Shown here one piece after another: positions 1 through 13,419 of a DNA stretch of 64,000 nucleotides. The notes below the pieces were generated by a model that worked only from the letters and a program-made list of their open reading frames with translations, was not told the origin of the DNA and ran no database searches. A program made the position numbers and the translations under genes. Positions within the stretch are counted from its first letter, which is position 1. Each line of letters starts with the position of its first letter. The stretch spans positions 207,948,001-208,012,000 of the forward strand of contig OZ024743.1 in the NCBI GenBank assembly GCA_964016885.1. The letters run 5' to 3'. The DNA comes from Eledone cirrhosa (lineage: Eukaryota).

Positions 1-99
1 ATGAAATAACATGCTTTGTTTGCTTGTTACTTTTTTTCTTTTTTGGATTTTTGTTGTGTTATATATATGTATATATTTCTTTTTTAGTTGTTTATAACT

Positions 100-560
100 C
101 TTCACCATCCCCACCACTACCATCACCACCACTTCCACTACCACTATTAACATCATCATCATCACCACCACCATCACTTCCATCTCCACTATCACCAGCT
201 CCACTTCCACCACTATCCCCATTCCTAGCATCACCATCATTATCATCACCACCACCTCCCAACTAAATCATTAAAAATACAAGAGACATCACAACTTGGG
301 AGGCCTAACTTTAAATTATTGGTTTCAAGAGTGTTTTGTGGTTGATATGGTTGTTGATGATGATGATAAAAACATCCAGAAAACATCTTCACCACCATCA
401 CTATCACCATCATCGCCACCATCACCATCATCTTCACCACTTCCATCACCCCATCACCATTATCATCATCTTCATGACCACCACCACCACCATCATCATA
501 ATCACCACTACCACCAACACTACCATCATCACCACCACCACTGCCATCATCATCATTATT
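100..560. repeat. CAC/CAT trinucleotide low-complexity tract
   Basis: Imperfect (cac)n/(cat)n runs; source of the spurious poly-H/poly-P ORFs. Confidence 0.9.
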
Positions 561-603
561 TCTTACATTTTTTTTGTAATGATAATTTATTTTCATTATA
601 TAT

Positions 604-770
604 CTTCCCCTCAAACCATAAGGATCACTACCAAACCTTTTAAAACCAAGAAGAATAGGGCATAATTTGCTTATCTTATCTCTGTCATTGCTATGTATCA
701 TTACTATCTTTATATCTGCTATATTTCCATCATGAATCATACAATGGTACACCTCATCACAAGGTTCACA
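604..770 (-). pseudogene. Possible decayed exon of an unidentified host gene
   Basis: Minus strand: tgtttcag acceptor, then open non-repetitive peptide CEPCDEVYHCMIHDGNIADIKIVMIHSNDRDKISKLCPILLGFKRFGSDPYGLRG; no canonical GT at the apparent end; no homolog recognised. Confidence 0.2.
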
Positions 771-879
771 CTGAAACAGCTATTGTATTTATAACAATGA
801 AACTCCTTGCTCGACATTAAATACAACAGCTTCAAAGAAGAAAACTAAAATTGCGTTCATTCATCTAATGTTTAATGTT

Positions 880-1345
880 AGTTTACATGGACGACCGGTG
901 GAGATGAAGTGAGAGAGAAAAACTTGGGTATAAGAAGAATCAGTCAGTGTGCCAGAAAAAGAAGACTGTGCTGGTGTAGACATGTGACGTGCATGCCTTT
1001 GGAGTGATGTTACTCACCAGTGTGTGTAGCTCAGAGATCAGAGAGTCACTCCAGGTAGAGCCACTACTTCTCTGAATTGAGAGATCACAGCTCCGGTACT
1101 ATGGGCATGTGGTTAGAGTGTCTCAGGAAAGAATCGCTGGACATATTTTACAGGTAAAACCAACCAACAGGAGACCCAGGGATAGATCCTGAGCAAGATG
1201 GTTGGATAACATCCATGAGCTTGGTTGGTCTCACTTGGGGATCCAGGTGGATCAATTGGAGATGGTTGCTTCTGACAGACCTACTGGAAGTAGTGTTTGA
1301 GGATTTCCCCCTACGAACCTCTCAAGTGTAAGTGGGTGAAGAACA
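880..1345 (+). mobile_element. Degenerate 3' fragment of RTE-clade LINE
   Basis: Translates to QLRYYGHVVRVSQERIAGHILQVKPTNRRPR..RWLDNI (RTE C-terminal LRWxGH / RGRP motifs); related to 4770-4980 and 5297-5505. Confidence 0.7.
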
Positions 1346-1354
1346 AAAACAAGA

Positions 1355-1637
1355 CTGTGCTTGTATAGACTTTGTATATAGTACACATTCTAACTGTGTA
1401 TATAGTACACAGTTAGACTTTGTATATACTACACAGACCTTGTATATAGTATACAGACCTTGTGTATACTACACAGTTAGACCTTGTATGAAGTACACAG
1501 TCAGACCTTGTATGTAGTACACAAACCTTGTGTGTAGTACACAATTAGACCAGTGTGTAGTACACAATTAGACCTTGTGTATACTATAAAGTTAGACTTT
1601 GTATATACTACACAGTTAGACCTTGTATATACTACAC
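1355..1637. repeat. Degenerate ~20-25 bp tandem repeat
   Basis: Recurring tagaccttgtatatactacacagt-like units. Confidence 0.8.
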
Positions 1638-1850
1638 ATAACACAAAGGACATAGATTTCACTGACCCTAAACATAACAGTAGAAAAATAAATAAATAAA
1701 AAATGTTAACTGTGACCCCCAGTTGTAAAGAGTAAGTACCAAGTGGGTCATTTACTTTAAATATTATCCCAGCTGACTACACTGATATATATCATCATCA
1801 TATCACCAACATCATTTTACCATCCATTTCGCCATGCTTGCATGGACACG

Positions 1851-2113
<263 letters not shown>

Positions 2114-2637
2114 TTAAAAGATATGTAAAAGAGAGAGGAGAAAAAGCCATATATCTTTTGAGGAGCAAACAGCATTTTGTACAGATAATATTTAGGAAAA
2201 TATATATTTCCTCTATATATATATTTTAAGGTGGTAGTTGAGGAACATGATTGTTGCATATTTAATATGTATCAATATCTTTACATAGTATATATATATA
2301 TATGTGTGTGTGTGTGTGCTTATGCACATTTTTTTCACATTCCATCGAGTGTTCAGGAGAGATTGTCATGTCTTTGACACAACTGAGGGTCCTGCCAACC
2401 TTTTGTTTAGCAAGATTTCTACAACAGGATGCTCTTCCTATCACCAACCACTTTATATTGTGTACTGGGTGCATCTATCATGTAAATCCTCAACACTAGG
2501 AAGGCTATCATGTTCTTGACATGACTGAAAATTCCTCCTAACCTTTTGTTTGTTTATTTGACAAGCTCTCCATGGCTGAAAGTCCTTCCTATCACCAACC
2601 ACTTTATAGGAGTGGGGTGAAGTAGTGAAGTGTATAT

Positions 2638-2877
2638 ATCATCATCATCATCATCATCATTTCATTTTACGTCCGCTTTTCCCTGCTTGCAAGGGTGGGA
2701 CGGGAACTGATTCTGGCTTGATTTCTACAGCTGGATGCCCTTCCTAACACCAACCTCATTTACAGTGAGTGCTGGGTGCTTTTTTCCCGTGGCGCCTACA
2801 CGTCCACTTTACAGTGTGGGCTGGGTGCTTTTTTGCCGTGGCACCTCCATGACCACTTTGCAGTGGGAGGGTGTGGG

Positions 2878-2882
<5 letters not shown>
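2638..2882 (-). mobile_element. Short chimeric non-autonomous RTE derivative with (GAT)n tail
   Basis: Body matches the 3'UTR at ~30555-30730; terminal ~40 nt match the 3' end of the RTE at 23232; (cat)n on plus strand. Confidence 0.8.
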
Positions 2883-2914
<32 letters not shown>

Positions 2915-3507
2915 TCATTCTACGTATGTTCCATGCTTGCATGGGCTGGACATGACCTTCTCAGTACAGCATCTCTTCACTTGTTGGGTTCCTTTGTCAT
3001 ATATGTGCATGCGTGTGTGTGTGTGTTGATCTCTAAAAGTGTTTCTCACAATAAAGTCTGTTATATTTATCATGACCCTCTTCTGCCATGGATCATCAAA
3101 ACTTTCCTCTCAAATTACTAACAAAGCATTGCAACAGTTCCACACTGTTGGTGATAAGTCTTATTAAAGACACACAAACATGGCGGCTTTTTTTTGGGGG
3201 GGGGGGTAATGTTTGTTGCCTTCCTTTGTCATGTGTGTGTATGTGTGTGTGTATGTATGTTTGTTTGTGTGCATGTGAATGTGTGTGCTTGGGTTTTTTT
3301 TATGTTTGTTGGTTTGTTTGTATTGGGGGTTCTTGTTGACTGTCTTAGAAATCATTATTATTGTTGCTGGTGGTAGAATAGTAACGATGATGATGGTGGT
3401 AGTTGTGTGTTGGTGGTAGTGAAGCTTCACAGAATTGGTAGTAGTGGTGGTGGTGGTGGTTGTAGAGGTGGTGTTTGTCGTGGCAGTAGAGGTAGTGGTA
3501 TACTTAT

Positions 3508-3720
3508 TTTATGAACCTTAGGAGAAAGTTGAAAACTGATTGTAAAGAGACATTTTCTTCTTTTTCTTCTTCATCTTCTTTTTCTATTCCATCTCTCCCC
3601 CTTCCATCCTTCAGTTCCTTCTGCTCCCTATGTGTCATCAAGCACCAAAAAATCTCTATTCCACACAGTTGCAAGCTTTGTCAAAGGCCTGCTCTCAAGC
3701 CAGGTATCTGCTCAAGGTTT
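3508..3720 (-). pseudogene. Possible decayed exon (one in-frame TGA, degenerate donor)
   Basis: Minus: ctacag acceptor, NLEQIPGLRAGL*QSLQLCGIEIFWCLMTHREQKELKDG...VFNFLLRFI, then ataagt (gtaagt-like). Confidence 0.2.
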
Positions 3721-4257
3721 CTGTAGCAATTTACATTAATGGAGGTAAGGTTGCTAGTGTCATGCTCCATGTTTAATTTAAATAGGAACCTCTTTAAAAA
3801 TGGTTAGTTTGTTTGATAGAACTCGGGGTAATATCGGAGACTGTCTGTTTAACCCATTTGATACCAACCAAAGACTGGCACATCAGAATAGATAGTTAGG
3901 TCGCAGCAAAAAGTTGAATCCAAATTCTAGAAACAGTTTTATCGTTCCAAACATATTCTATGCCACAATGTTATGAAATTGCTGCCCTCCTTCTCCTTCT
4001 TTTATTTCCTTTTACACCCAGTCCACATATGGTTGGTGTCAGGAAGGTCATCCAGCTGTTGAAACCAAGCCAAAATACAGATCCTTATGAGTTAGAAGTG
4101 GTCTCGGGACCAAACTTGTCTCATAACATAACATGTTTAATCCATGCTAGCATGGAAAATTGATGTTAAATAATGATGATGAAACTCCAGTTTGGTATCA
4201 AAGATACCAAACTGCCTGAAACTACTCCTAGTTTAATGATATAAAAAGTATTCGTCA

Positions 4258-4520
4258 TCATCATCAAATTCTAGCAACTGGTGCAGTCACTCATTAGGGT
4301 GCCACTTGAGACATTTTTGTTGCTAGCTGTCACCATAGGTTTTTATTCTCCATCATATATAGAATGGACACAGTGTTTGACCTGTCCAGTCTTTGATGTT
4401 GTTGGACTGGGATTTTCTTTGTTTGCTTCTTCTTCACCTTCCCTCGACTGTGCCCTGGTTTTAGAGAGGGAGTCCATGTGGGATATGTGACTTTACCAAG
4501 CAAGCTTCCTTCTTTTCTGC
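4258..4520 (-). mobile_element. Degenerate RTE 3' fragment
   Basis: Minus strand resembles the RTE C-terminus (RRKLAW-SHI...) and ends in (gat)n. Confidence 0.5.
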
Positions 4521-4769
4521 ATCACATATTTATTGACTTACAAAAGCATTCATACTTATGTATATATATTTTTTTAAAATCATCATAACAAAAAGTTCTT
4601 ATATTAAAACCTGTTAAGTAAAGTTCAAAGCATCAACTTAATTCCTCCATCCCTCAGGCATCAGGTATATGTCTTATTCACTATTCTAAAGACCCCTGGC
4701 CAAAAAATTCTATCTATTTGAAGATTTGAAGTCTGTAACTAGAAGTATAAACCAGCATGAGAAAGTTCT

Positions 4770-4980
4770 TTTTCTTCTTCTTCTCCCACTTATTCTTGAG
4801 AGAGACTTTGGGGCAGGGTCCTCAAACACTCCTTCCAGCAGGTCCTGTCAGAAGCAACTGTCTCCAACTGATCTGGTTGGATCCTCAAACACGACCAGCC
4901 AAGCTCATAGATGTTATCCAACCGTGTTACTTGGGGTCTACCCCTGGTTCTCCTGCAGGTTGGTTTTGCCCATAAAATCT
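4770..4980 (-). mobile_element. RTE 3' fragment (same family as 1145-1345)
   Basis: Reverse complement aligns by eye with 5297-5505 and 1145-1345. Confidence 0.75.
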
Positions 4981-5296
4981 ATCCAGCAAATCTTTCCTTT
5001 GACTAAATTGCACCAAATTTTTTATTATTTTCAAAATTAATTGAAACATAAAGACTGTGTTTAATTGTTTTATTTCCAAATTTCTAATGAAACACTAAGA
5101 AGTCTAGAGAAGAGGAAGACAGATTTGTGGCTCAAAAAAAAAGAAAAAACTAGGAAATTGTGGAAATAACATCTATTCAGTTTTTCTATAAACTACTAAA
5201 ATGTTTGCTGTTGTGATATGCTAAAATAAAGTAAATTAAGAAATACTTATCTTATCTAGAAAAGGAAATGAATCTTGTATTACTTATTTAGATTAA

Positions 5297-5505
5297 CAGA
5301 TTTTACAGGCAAAACTAACTAGCAGAAGACACAGAGGTAGACCCTGAGCAAGATGGTTGAATAACATCCATGAAACTTAGTTAGTCTCGCTTGGGGATCA
5401 AGCCAGATCAATTGGAGCTGGCTGCTTCTGACAGGACCCGCTGGAAGGAGTGTTTGAGGACTCTACCCCACCACCCTCTCAGGAGTAAGTGGGTGAAGGA
5501 GGACA
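5297..5505 (+). mobile_element. RTE 3' fragment
   Basis: ...ctgagcaagatggttgaataacatccatg...ctctcaggagtaagtgggtgaag shared with 1190-1340. Confidence 0.75.
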
Positions 5506-5825
5506 AGTAGTAATAGTAGTAGTAGATCATAGGTGTACAACAAAACAGTTTGATACTCTATAACATACAATCATCATCATCACCACCATTTAATGTCTAT
5601 TTTCCATGTTTCTATGTGTTAGACAAGAGGCTTGGCAGGGCAAGTGATCTTGTCCAGCTTATGTTTCATCTTAGGTTTGGCTTTCTATTCTACAGTTGGA
5701 TATCATTTCTAATGCAAACCACTTTGCTGGGTGTACTGGGAGATTTTGCTGTGGGACCAGCAGAACCACCTTATAGGGTGAACTGGGCACCTTTTGTTAT
5801 GAAAGTATCAATAAGATGGACATAG

Positions 5826-5957
5826 TTCTAATGAAAGACACTGTCTGTGTCATTAACCTTTTCATTACCAATGTCTTTGATTAGAAATATGGCAACGAAA
5901 GGGTTAATGACATAGACAGTGTCTTCCATTAGAAATATGTTAATGAAAGGGTTAATG
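5826..5957. mobile_element. Fold-back with piggyBac-like TTAA-CC(C) termini (MITE remnant)
   Basis: ~45-bp inverted arms (5826-5870 / 5890-5934) containing ttaaccttttcattacca / tggcaacgaaagggttaa; a third gaaagggttaa near 5945-5956. Confidence 0.55.
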
Positions 5958-6834
5958 CATTAGGATTGACAAGCAAGTTAAAAGCTAGAACTGGGGAACT
6001 TACAGCAAGGAGTTCTCTAAAAGTTCTAATTTATTGTCAAAAAAGTGAATCCAATAAGAGAAGTTAGGGTCTGAGGGCTCTTCAGTCTTACCTACCATGT
6101 AACAACTTCTTTGGTCCTGGTACCACAATAAAACACACCCAATATTAGTGTTGGTACCACAATAATATGCAACCAGTCAACTTTGTAAAGTGGTAGTGCT
6201 GGTATCATGAAAATTGCACTCAGTACACCCTGTAAGATTTCTGGCACTATGAAGAACCTCCAGCTGAAGAAACCATAGCAAATATGGAATGTAACAAACA
6301 AGATGGGACTCACAGAATCTGATTTTTTGTCCAACCCATGATAGCACGGAAAGTAGATATAAAATGAAGATGATAATGGTGATGGTGATGACAATGATGA
6401 TAATGGTGATGGTGATGACGATGGTGATGATGATGCTGATGGTGGTGATGATGCTGATGGTGACAGTGGTGACGATGATGATGATAATGGTGACAGTGAT
6501 AATGATGATGATGATGATGATGTCAATGATGGTGATGATGGCTTTTCACCAATATTGTAATTGTGCTAAGACTTCTAGCTTTGCCTGTTACAGTCACAAG
6601 CAGTAAGAATATTTATCTAAATTTCATTTCCCTAAACCCTGTGTATAATCAAGATTAAGTGTAGACAGACATTGTGGTCTGACTACAGTTCCTACTGAAC
6701 AACATATGGTATATATAACTTTGCAGATATTTTCACAGGTTCTTTTAAAGCAGAAAGAAGAAAAACAAAAGTTTTGAAGAAAACAAATAAGTGAAGGTCA
6801 CCAATTTTCTTGTAAAATTTCTTTCTACTTTATG

Positions 6835-7030
6835 TAGTGGCTTGGTGGTTAGAGCATTGGATTCAATTGTGAGGTTGAGAGTTCAATTCGCAGACTAGGC
6901 ATTGGGTTGTGTCCTTGAGCAAGACACTTTATTTCACATTGCTTCAATTCGCTCAGCTGTAGAAATGAGTTGTGATGTAACTGATGCCAAGCTGTATCGG
7001 TCTTTGCCTTTCCCTTGGACAACATCATAT
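6835..7030 (+). mobile_element. tRNA-derived SINE with CORE-like central block
   Basis: A box tggcttggtgg, B box gttcaattc, then gtgtccttgagcaagacactttatttcac; same family as 53003. Confidence 0.8.
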
Positions 7031-8021
7031 CTTGTGTATATATTGTAAGAGCTCCTCTGCAAGTTCGGAACATCAGCAACCCAGTCTGAGGAAGAAGCCC
7101 CGTGGGGTGGGGTGGCTGTTGCAGTGTGTGTCACTGGCCATTGTCCATGGAAATGCTACTGCAGTTTTGCTTGCGGAGCGCAGCCCAAACACTGCCTTGC
7201 CCTAGGCCCAGAGCCCATGACCCTCTCCCTTTCCCCCTCCTTTTCTTCTGTGACACTAGGGTCTTTGCCTTTCCCTTCCTTTTCCTCTCATCTCTGGCTT
7301 TTATAGTTCTTGTATACTAACATACACACAGCATTGGTGTAGATACTATATACGCCTGAGGTTCATGAAAGTATGTTTAAAATCACATTTGCTGTGAGAA
7401 TAGCAACACTGTGTAAAGATGACATCAGTGATGACATCGTCATGGTCATGGTGGTGGTGGTAGTAATGATGATGGTAGTGGTGTTGGTGGTGATAGTGGT
7501 GTGGTGGTGGTGGTGGTGGTAGTGGTGTTGGTGTTGTAGTAATGGGAGTGGTGGTGGTGGTGATGGTAATAATGATGGTGATTGTAGTGGCAGTGGTGGT
7601 AGTAATGATGATGATGGTGATGATGATGTCAATGAATGTATAAAAAAGACATCAAAAAGAAATGTAATGAGGTAATTTATATACAAAATTTTAGAACCCT
7701 TGGATAATGTTTATATACACACACACATATATATGTGTGTGTATAGATATGTGTGTGTGTATATATATGTGTGTGTGTGCATAAATATGTGTGTGTGTAT
7801 AGAGAGATAGATAGAAGGGAAAGAGAGAGGGTTGGTGGAAGGAAGGAGGGAAAGAAAGAAACTAATGAATGAAAGCAAGAAAACTGGGTGTGTTATGAAG
7901 GTTATAAGTTTAAAATTAAGATTCTTTTTGACATCATGTACCTTAACAATAGACATTTCGGGTAATAATGTTTGACTGGCTGTGGGTATTTACAGAACAG
8001 ATAAAGATAAACAGGGATGGC

Positions 8022-11000
8022 TGAGAAGGAACTGTACATCTGAGAGAGGGAAGTGTACAGCTAAGACAGGGAAGTGTACAGCTAAGAGAGGATACAGTAC
8101 AACTAAGAGAGGGTACAGTACAGGTTAGAGAGGGAAGTGTACAGCTAAGAGAGGGTACAGTACAGCTAAGAGAGGGTACAGTACAGCTAAGAGAGGGTAC
8201 AGTACAGATAAGAGAGGGAAGTGTACAGCTAGGAGAGGGTACAGTACAGATAGGAGAGGGTACAGTACAGCTAAGAGAGGGTACAGTACAGCTAAGAGAG
8301 GGTACAGTACAGCTAAGAGAGGGTACAGTACAGATAAGAGAGGGAAGTGTACAGCTAGGAGAGGGTACAGTACAGATAGGAGAGGGTACAGTACAGCTAA
8401 GAGAGGGTACAGTACGGCTAAGAGAGGGTACAGTACAGCTAAGAGAGAGTACAGCTAAGAGAGGGTACAGTACAGCTAAGAGAGGGTACAGTACAGATAA
8501 GAGAGGGAAGTGTACAGCTAGGAGAGGGTACAGTACAGATAGGAGCGGGTACAGTACAGCTAAGAGAGGGTACAGTACAGCTAAGAGAGGGTACAGTACA
8601 GATAGGAGAGGGTACAGTACAGATAAGAGAGGGAAGTGTACAGCTAGGAGAGGGTACAGTACAGATAGGAGAGGGTACAGTACAGCTAAGAGAGGGAAGT
8701 GTACAGCTAGGAGAGGGAAGTGTACAGCTAGGAGAGGGTACAGTACAGATAGGAGAGGGTACAGTACAGCTAAGAGAGGGAAGTGTACAGCTAGGAGAGG
8801 GTACAGTACAGATAGGAGAGGGTACAGTACAGATAGGAGAGGGTACAGAACAGCTAAGAGAGGTAAAGTACAGATAGGAGAGGGTACAGTACAGCTAAGA
8901 GAGGGTATAGTACAGATAGGAGAGGGTACAGTACAGATAGGAGAGGGTACAGTACAGCTAGGAGAGGGTACAGTACAGCTAAGAGAGGGTACAGTACAGC
9001 TAAGAGAGGGTACAGTACAGCTAAGAGAGGGTACAGTACAGATAGGAGAGGGTACAGTACAGATAGGAGAGGGTACAGTACAGCTAGGAGAGGGTACAGT
9101 ACAGATAGGAGAGGGTACAGTACAGCTAGGAGAGGGTACAGTACAGATAAGAGAGGGTACTGTACAGCTAAGAGAGGGTACAGTACAGCTAAGAGAGGGT
9201 ACAGTACAGCTAAGAGAGGGTACAGTACAGCTAAGAGAGGGTACAGAACAGATAAGAGAGGGTACAGTACAGCTAAGAGAGGGTACAGTACAGATAAGAG
9301 AGGGTACAGTACAGCTAAGAGAGGGTACATATAAGAGAGGGTACAGTACAGATAGGAGAGGGTACAGTACAGATGAGAGAGGATACAGTACAGATAAGAG
9401 AGGATACAGTACAGATAGGAGAGGGTACAGTACAGATAAGAGAGGGTACAGTACAGATAGGAGAGGGTACAGTACAGATAGGAGAGGGTACAGTACAGAT
9501 AAGAGAGGGTACAGTACAGATAAGAGAGGGTACAGTACAGATAAGAGAGGATACAGTACAGATAAGAGAGGGTACAGTACAAATAAGAGAGGATACAGTA
9601 CATATAGGAGAGGGTACAGTACAGATAAGAGAGGATACAGTACAGATAAGAGAGGGTACAGTACAGATAGGAGAGGGTACAGTACAGCTAGGAGAGGGTA
9701 CAGTACAGATAGGAGAGGGTACAGTACAGATAGGAGAGGGTACAGAACAGATAAGAGAGGATACAGTACAGATAGGAGAGGGTACAGTACAGATAAGAGA
9801 GGGTACAGATAGGAGAGGGTACAGTACAGATAAGAGAGGATACAGTACAGATAAGAGAGGGTACAGTACAGATAAGAGAGGGTACAGATAGGAGAGGATA
9901 CAGTACAGATAGGAGAGGGTACAGTACAGCTAAGAGAGGGTACAGTACAGCTAAGAGAGGGTACAGTACAGATAGGAGAGGGTACAGTACAGATAAGAGA
10001 GGGTACAGATAGGAGAGGATACAGTACAGATAGGAGAGGGTACAGTACAGCTAAGAGAGGATACAGTACAGATAGGAGAGGGTACAGTACAGCTAAGAGA
10101 GGGTACAGTACAGCTAAGAGAGGGTACAGTACAGCTAAGAGAGGGTACAGTACAGATAGGAGAGGGTACAGTACAGATAAGAGAGGGTACAGTACAGATA
10201 AAAGAGGATACAGTACAGCTAAGAGAGGGTACAGTACAGCTAAGAGAGGGTACAGTACAGCTAAGAGAAGGAAGTGTACAGATAGGAGAGGGTAGAGTAC
10301 AGCTAAGAGACGGTAGAGTACAGCTAAGAGATGGTACAGTACAGATAAGAGAGGGTACAGTACAGCTGAGAGAAGGAAGTGTACAGTTAAGAGAGGGTAC
10401 AGTACAGATAGGAGAGGGTAGAGTACAGCTAAGAGAGGGTACAGTACAGATAGGAGAGGGTACAGTACAGCTAAGAGAGGGTACAGTACAGCTAAGAGAA
10501 GGAAGTGTACAGTTAAGAGAGGGTACAGTACAGATAAGAGAGGGTACAGTACATCTAAGAGAGGGTACAGTACAGATAGGAGAAGGTACAGTACAGATAG
10601 GAGAGGGTACAGTACAGCTAAGTGAGGGTACAGTACATCTAAGAGAGGGTACAGTACAGATAAGAGAGGATACAGTACAGCTAAGAGAGGGTAGAGTACA
10701 GCTAAGAGAGGGTACAGTACAGCTAAGAGAGGGAAGTGTACAGCTAGGAGAGGGTACAGTACAGCTAAGAGAGGGAAGTGTACAGCTAGGAGAGGGTACA
10801 GTACAGATAAGAGAGGGTACAGTACAGCTAAGAGAGGGAAGTGTACAGCTAGGAGAGGGTACAGTACAGCTAAGAGAGGGTACAGTACAGCTAGGAGAGG
10901 GTACAGTACAGATAGGAGAGGGTACAGTACAGATAGGAGAGGGTTTAGTACAGCTAAGAGAGGGAAGTGTACAGCTAGGAGAGGGTACAGTACAGCTAAG

Positions 11001-11272
11001 AGAGGGAAGTGTACAGCTAGGAGAGGGTACAGTACAGCTAGGAGAGGGTACAGTACAGCTAAGAGAGGGAAGTGTACAGCTAGGAGAGGGTACAGTACAG
11101 ATAGGAGAGGGTACAGTACAGATAGGAGAGGGTACAGTACAGCTAGGAGAGGGTACAGTACAGATAGGAGAGGGTACAGTACAGATAGGAGAGGGTACAG
11201 TACAGATAAGAGAGGGAAGTGTACAGCTAGGAGAGGGTACAGTACAGATAGGAGAGGGTACAGTACAGCTAA
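8022..11272. repeat. 21-bp minisatellite, ~150 copies
   Basis: Unit GAGAGGGTACAGTACAG(A/C)TA(A/G) with variant GAGAGGGAAGTGTACAG; strongly purine-biased. Confidence 0.98.
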
Positions 11273-11407
11273 TTGTTTTTACATCCATTGTTTTTGTTTT
11301 ATACTCATTTTTACAAGCAGAAACCCACATTGTGCCATCCTGTGTTGTCCTTAATGTATTTTTTATGTTAACCCTTTGTAGTCAATAAAGAAAACATTAT
11401 TATTATT

Positions 11408-11941
11408 GGCAGTAATTGACAGAGCATTGGACACCATGCTTTGCAGCATACAGTTACGGTCCTTTACATTCTGAGTTCAAATCTCACTGAGGTTAGCTTT
11501 GTCTTTCATCCTTACAGGGTCAATAAAATAAAGTACCTGCAATGCACTGGCATTTATTTAATCGACTTTCCCCTCTTCCTTGTGCCTAAATCAAACACCA
11601 TTATATAAGAGCAGTAAATTGGCAGTAATCGGTAGAGCGTTTAACATCATCCTTTGCAGTATATAGTGATGGCCCTTTACGTTATGAATTCAAAACCCGC
11701 CAAGGTTAACTTTGCCTTTCATCCTTATGAGGTCTATGAAATAAAGTACAAGTAACACACTAGGGTTGAGTTAATTGACTTTCCCACCTCCCCTTCAAAT
11801 TGCTGTCCTTTTGTCAAAAGTAGAAACCATTATTACAGAATATGATAGAGCAGTGCATTGGCAGTAATTGGTAGTTTCGGACAATATGCTTGTGGCATAG
11901 AGTTACGGCCCTTTACGTTAAGAGTTCAAATCCTGCCAAGG
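11408..11941 (+). mobile_element. Three head-to-tail copies of a tRNA-derived SINE
   Basis: Copies near 11408-11604, 11609-11834 and 11848-11941 (3' truncated); B box gagttcaaatc and central block gcctttcatcct...ataaaataaagtac. Confidence 0.8.
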
Positions 11942-12012
11942 CAAGCAGACATTAAACAGTGATGATATAAACATATATACATATTATATATCTTTCACCA
12001 AGATATCATATA

Positions 12013-12318
12013 TTCTCGGGTCCGAAATAATAGAGGCAGGTGTTGGAAAATCACTAGTTTTTCTAGGTTGTCTGCATTGTTTTCTTTTTAAACCAGAATT
12101 AGTCGTTTAGTTTACATATTGAAACCCAGCCCATCCTATTTATTTTATAATGTGTGGGATTTCTAGTAATTTTCATTTTTTGTCAATATGTAAACTAAAC
12201 GAGTAATTCTTGTTTTTAAAAAATCAACGGAGGCAACCTAGAAAATTGATTTTCCAACCAACCAACCCCCATCTCCCTACTTATTCCAACCCCCTACTTA
12301 TTATTTGGGACCCAAGAG
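12013..12318. mobile_element. MITE / fold-back DNA transposon with ~110-bp TIRs
   Basis: ctcgggtccgaaataat ... attatttgggacccaagag; inner arms cgtttagtttacatattga / tcaatatgtaaactaaacg. Confidence 0.8.
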
Positions 12319-12837
12319 CAGATAGATAGATGAATTAGATAAAGACAAATGAGAAAGAATGGAATTGACAAGTAAAGTTGTTTTACTGAAAGATCAATGA
12401 TTATAACCCCAGGCCAGCTCTGATCAAGCACACCTAAATCCAATTATATATATATATATATATATAGTTTTGTTGTTTTTCTGCAGACATTGATAGGCCT
12501 GCAGATGTTTAGGTTGTGTATCAGTTACAGCGATCTCATCAGCTGGGTGGAGTAGGATGAGGAAGGGGCAAGGAAGTGGAGGTGGAGAGCAGAAGAGGAG
12601 GAAGAGAGTGGGGGAGGGGAGTAGTAGGATATGGAGGGGGTGATGAGGAAGAGAAGGTGTGGTCTATAATCATTACAGCCCTCTTCCCTCTCCCTAAACA
12701 AATATAATATATAAGATGTGTGCATTTAATAAAAAAAAAAATGTCATGAAATTATATTGTCTGATTTTGTTAGATTATAATTTTATTATTGGTTCTATTG
12801 TTATAGACATGGCTGTGGATGAAATAGTAATGAAAAT

Positions 12838-13412
12838 TGTGTACGACGCTCAGGTGCACTACAACTCATCAAAGGTGCATGTATAGTACATAGAATAATT
12901 GTTTCTACTTTAGGCATTAGGCCAGCAATTACTCAGTGTATTACTGGTACTTTATTTTATCGACCCCGTAAGGATGAAAGGCAAAGTCAACCTCGGCTGG
13001 ATTTGAACTCAGATCATAAAGGGACGTAACTATGCTGCAAAGCATGGCGTCCGACCCTCTACCGATACTGCCAATGTCAGGAAAGTGAACAGTATATGCA
13101 CACAGATACATGCATACATGTGTATGGAGGGGAATATCGGGAAAGATGGAAGTTTTGAAGGATGCAATGTCCCAACAGCTAACAACTGATGCGGGTAGTT
13201 TGTTCCATGCTTCAGCAACTCTGAGCGTGAAAAATATTTCTGAAAGTCATGGGAGCTGTACTGCTTTCTGATTTTGTAGGCATGCCCATGGGTGTTAGAC
13301 GCATGGTATTCAAAAAGGTGCTCAGCGTTGTTGTTGGCAAGATGGTTAATAATTTTGTGGGTGTTTACCAAGTCAGTTGCCAGACGTCGGATCTTTAATG
13401 TATCCATACCCA
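12838..13412 (-). mobile_element. CR1-group LINE 3' fragment interrupted by a SINE
   Basis: RRLATDLVNTHKII...NTHGHAYKIRKQ C-terminal motifs; colinear with the uninterrupted copy at 22262-22645. Confidence 0.85.
12896..13075 (-). mobile_element. tRNA-derived SINE nested in the CR1 fragment
   Basis: actggtactttattttatcgaccccgtaaggatgaaaggcaaagtcaacctcggctggatttgaactcag. Confidence 0.85.
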
Positions 13413-13419
13413 GTGCAAT

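Noticed and set aside
8854-11330. Minisatellite ORFs as structural proteins
   Set aside because: Explained by the 21-bp unit; frames break at indels; no unique domains
12490-12550. Minus-strand CUGAUGA with downstream GAUA
   Set aside because: GAAA absent and stems do not close
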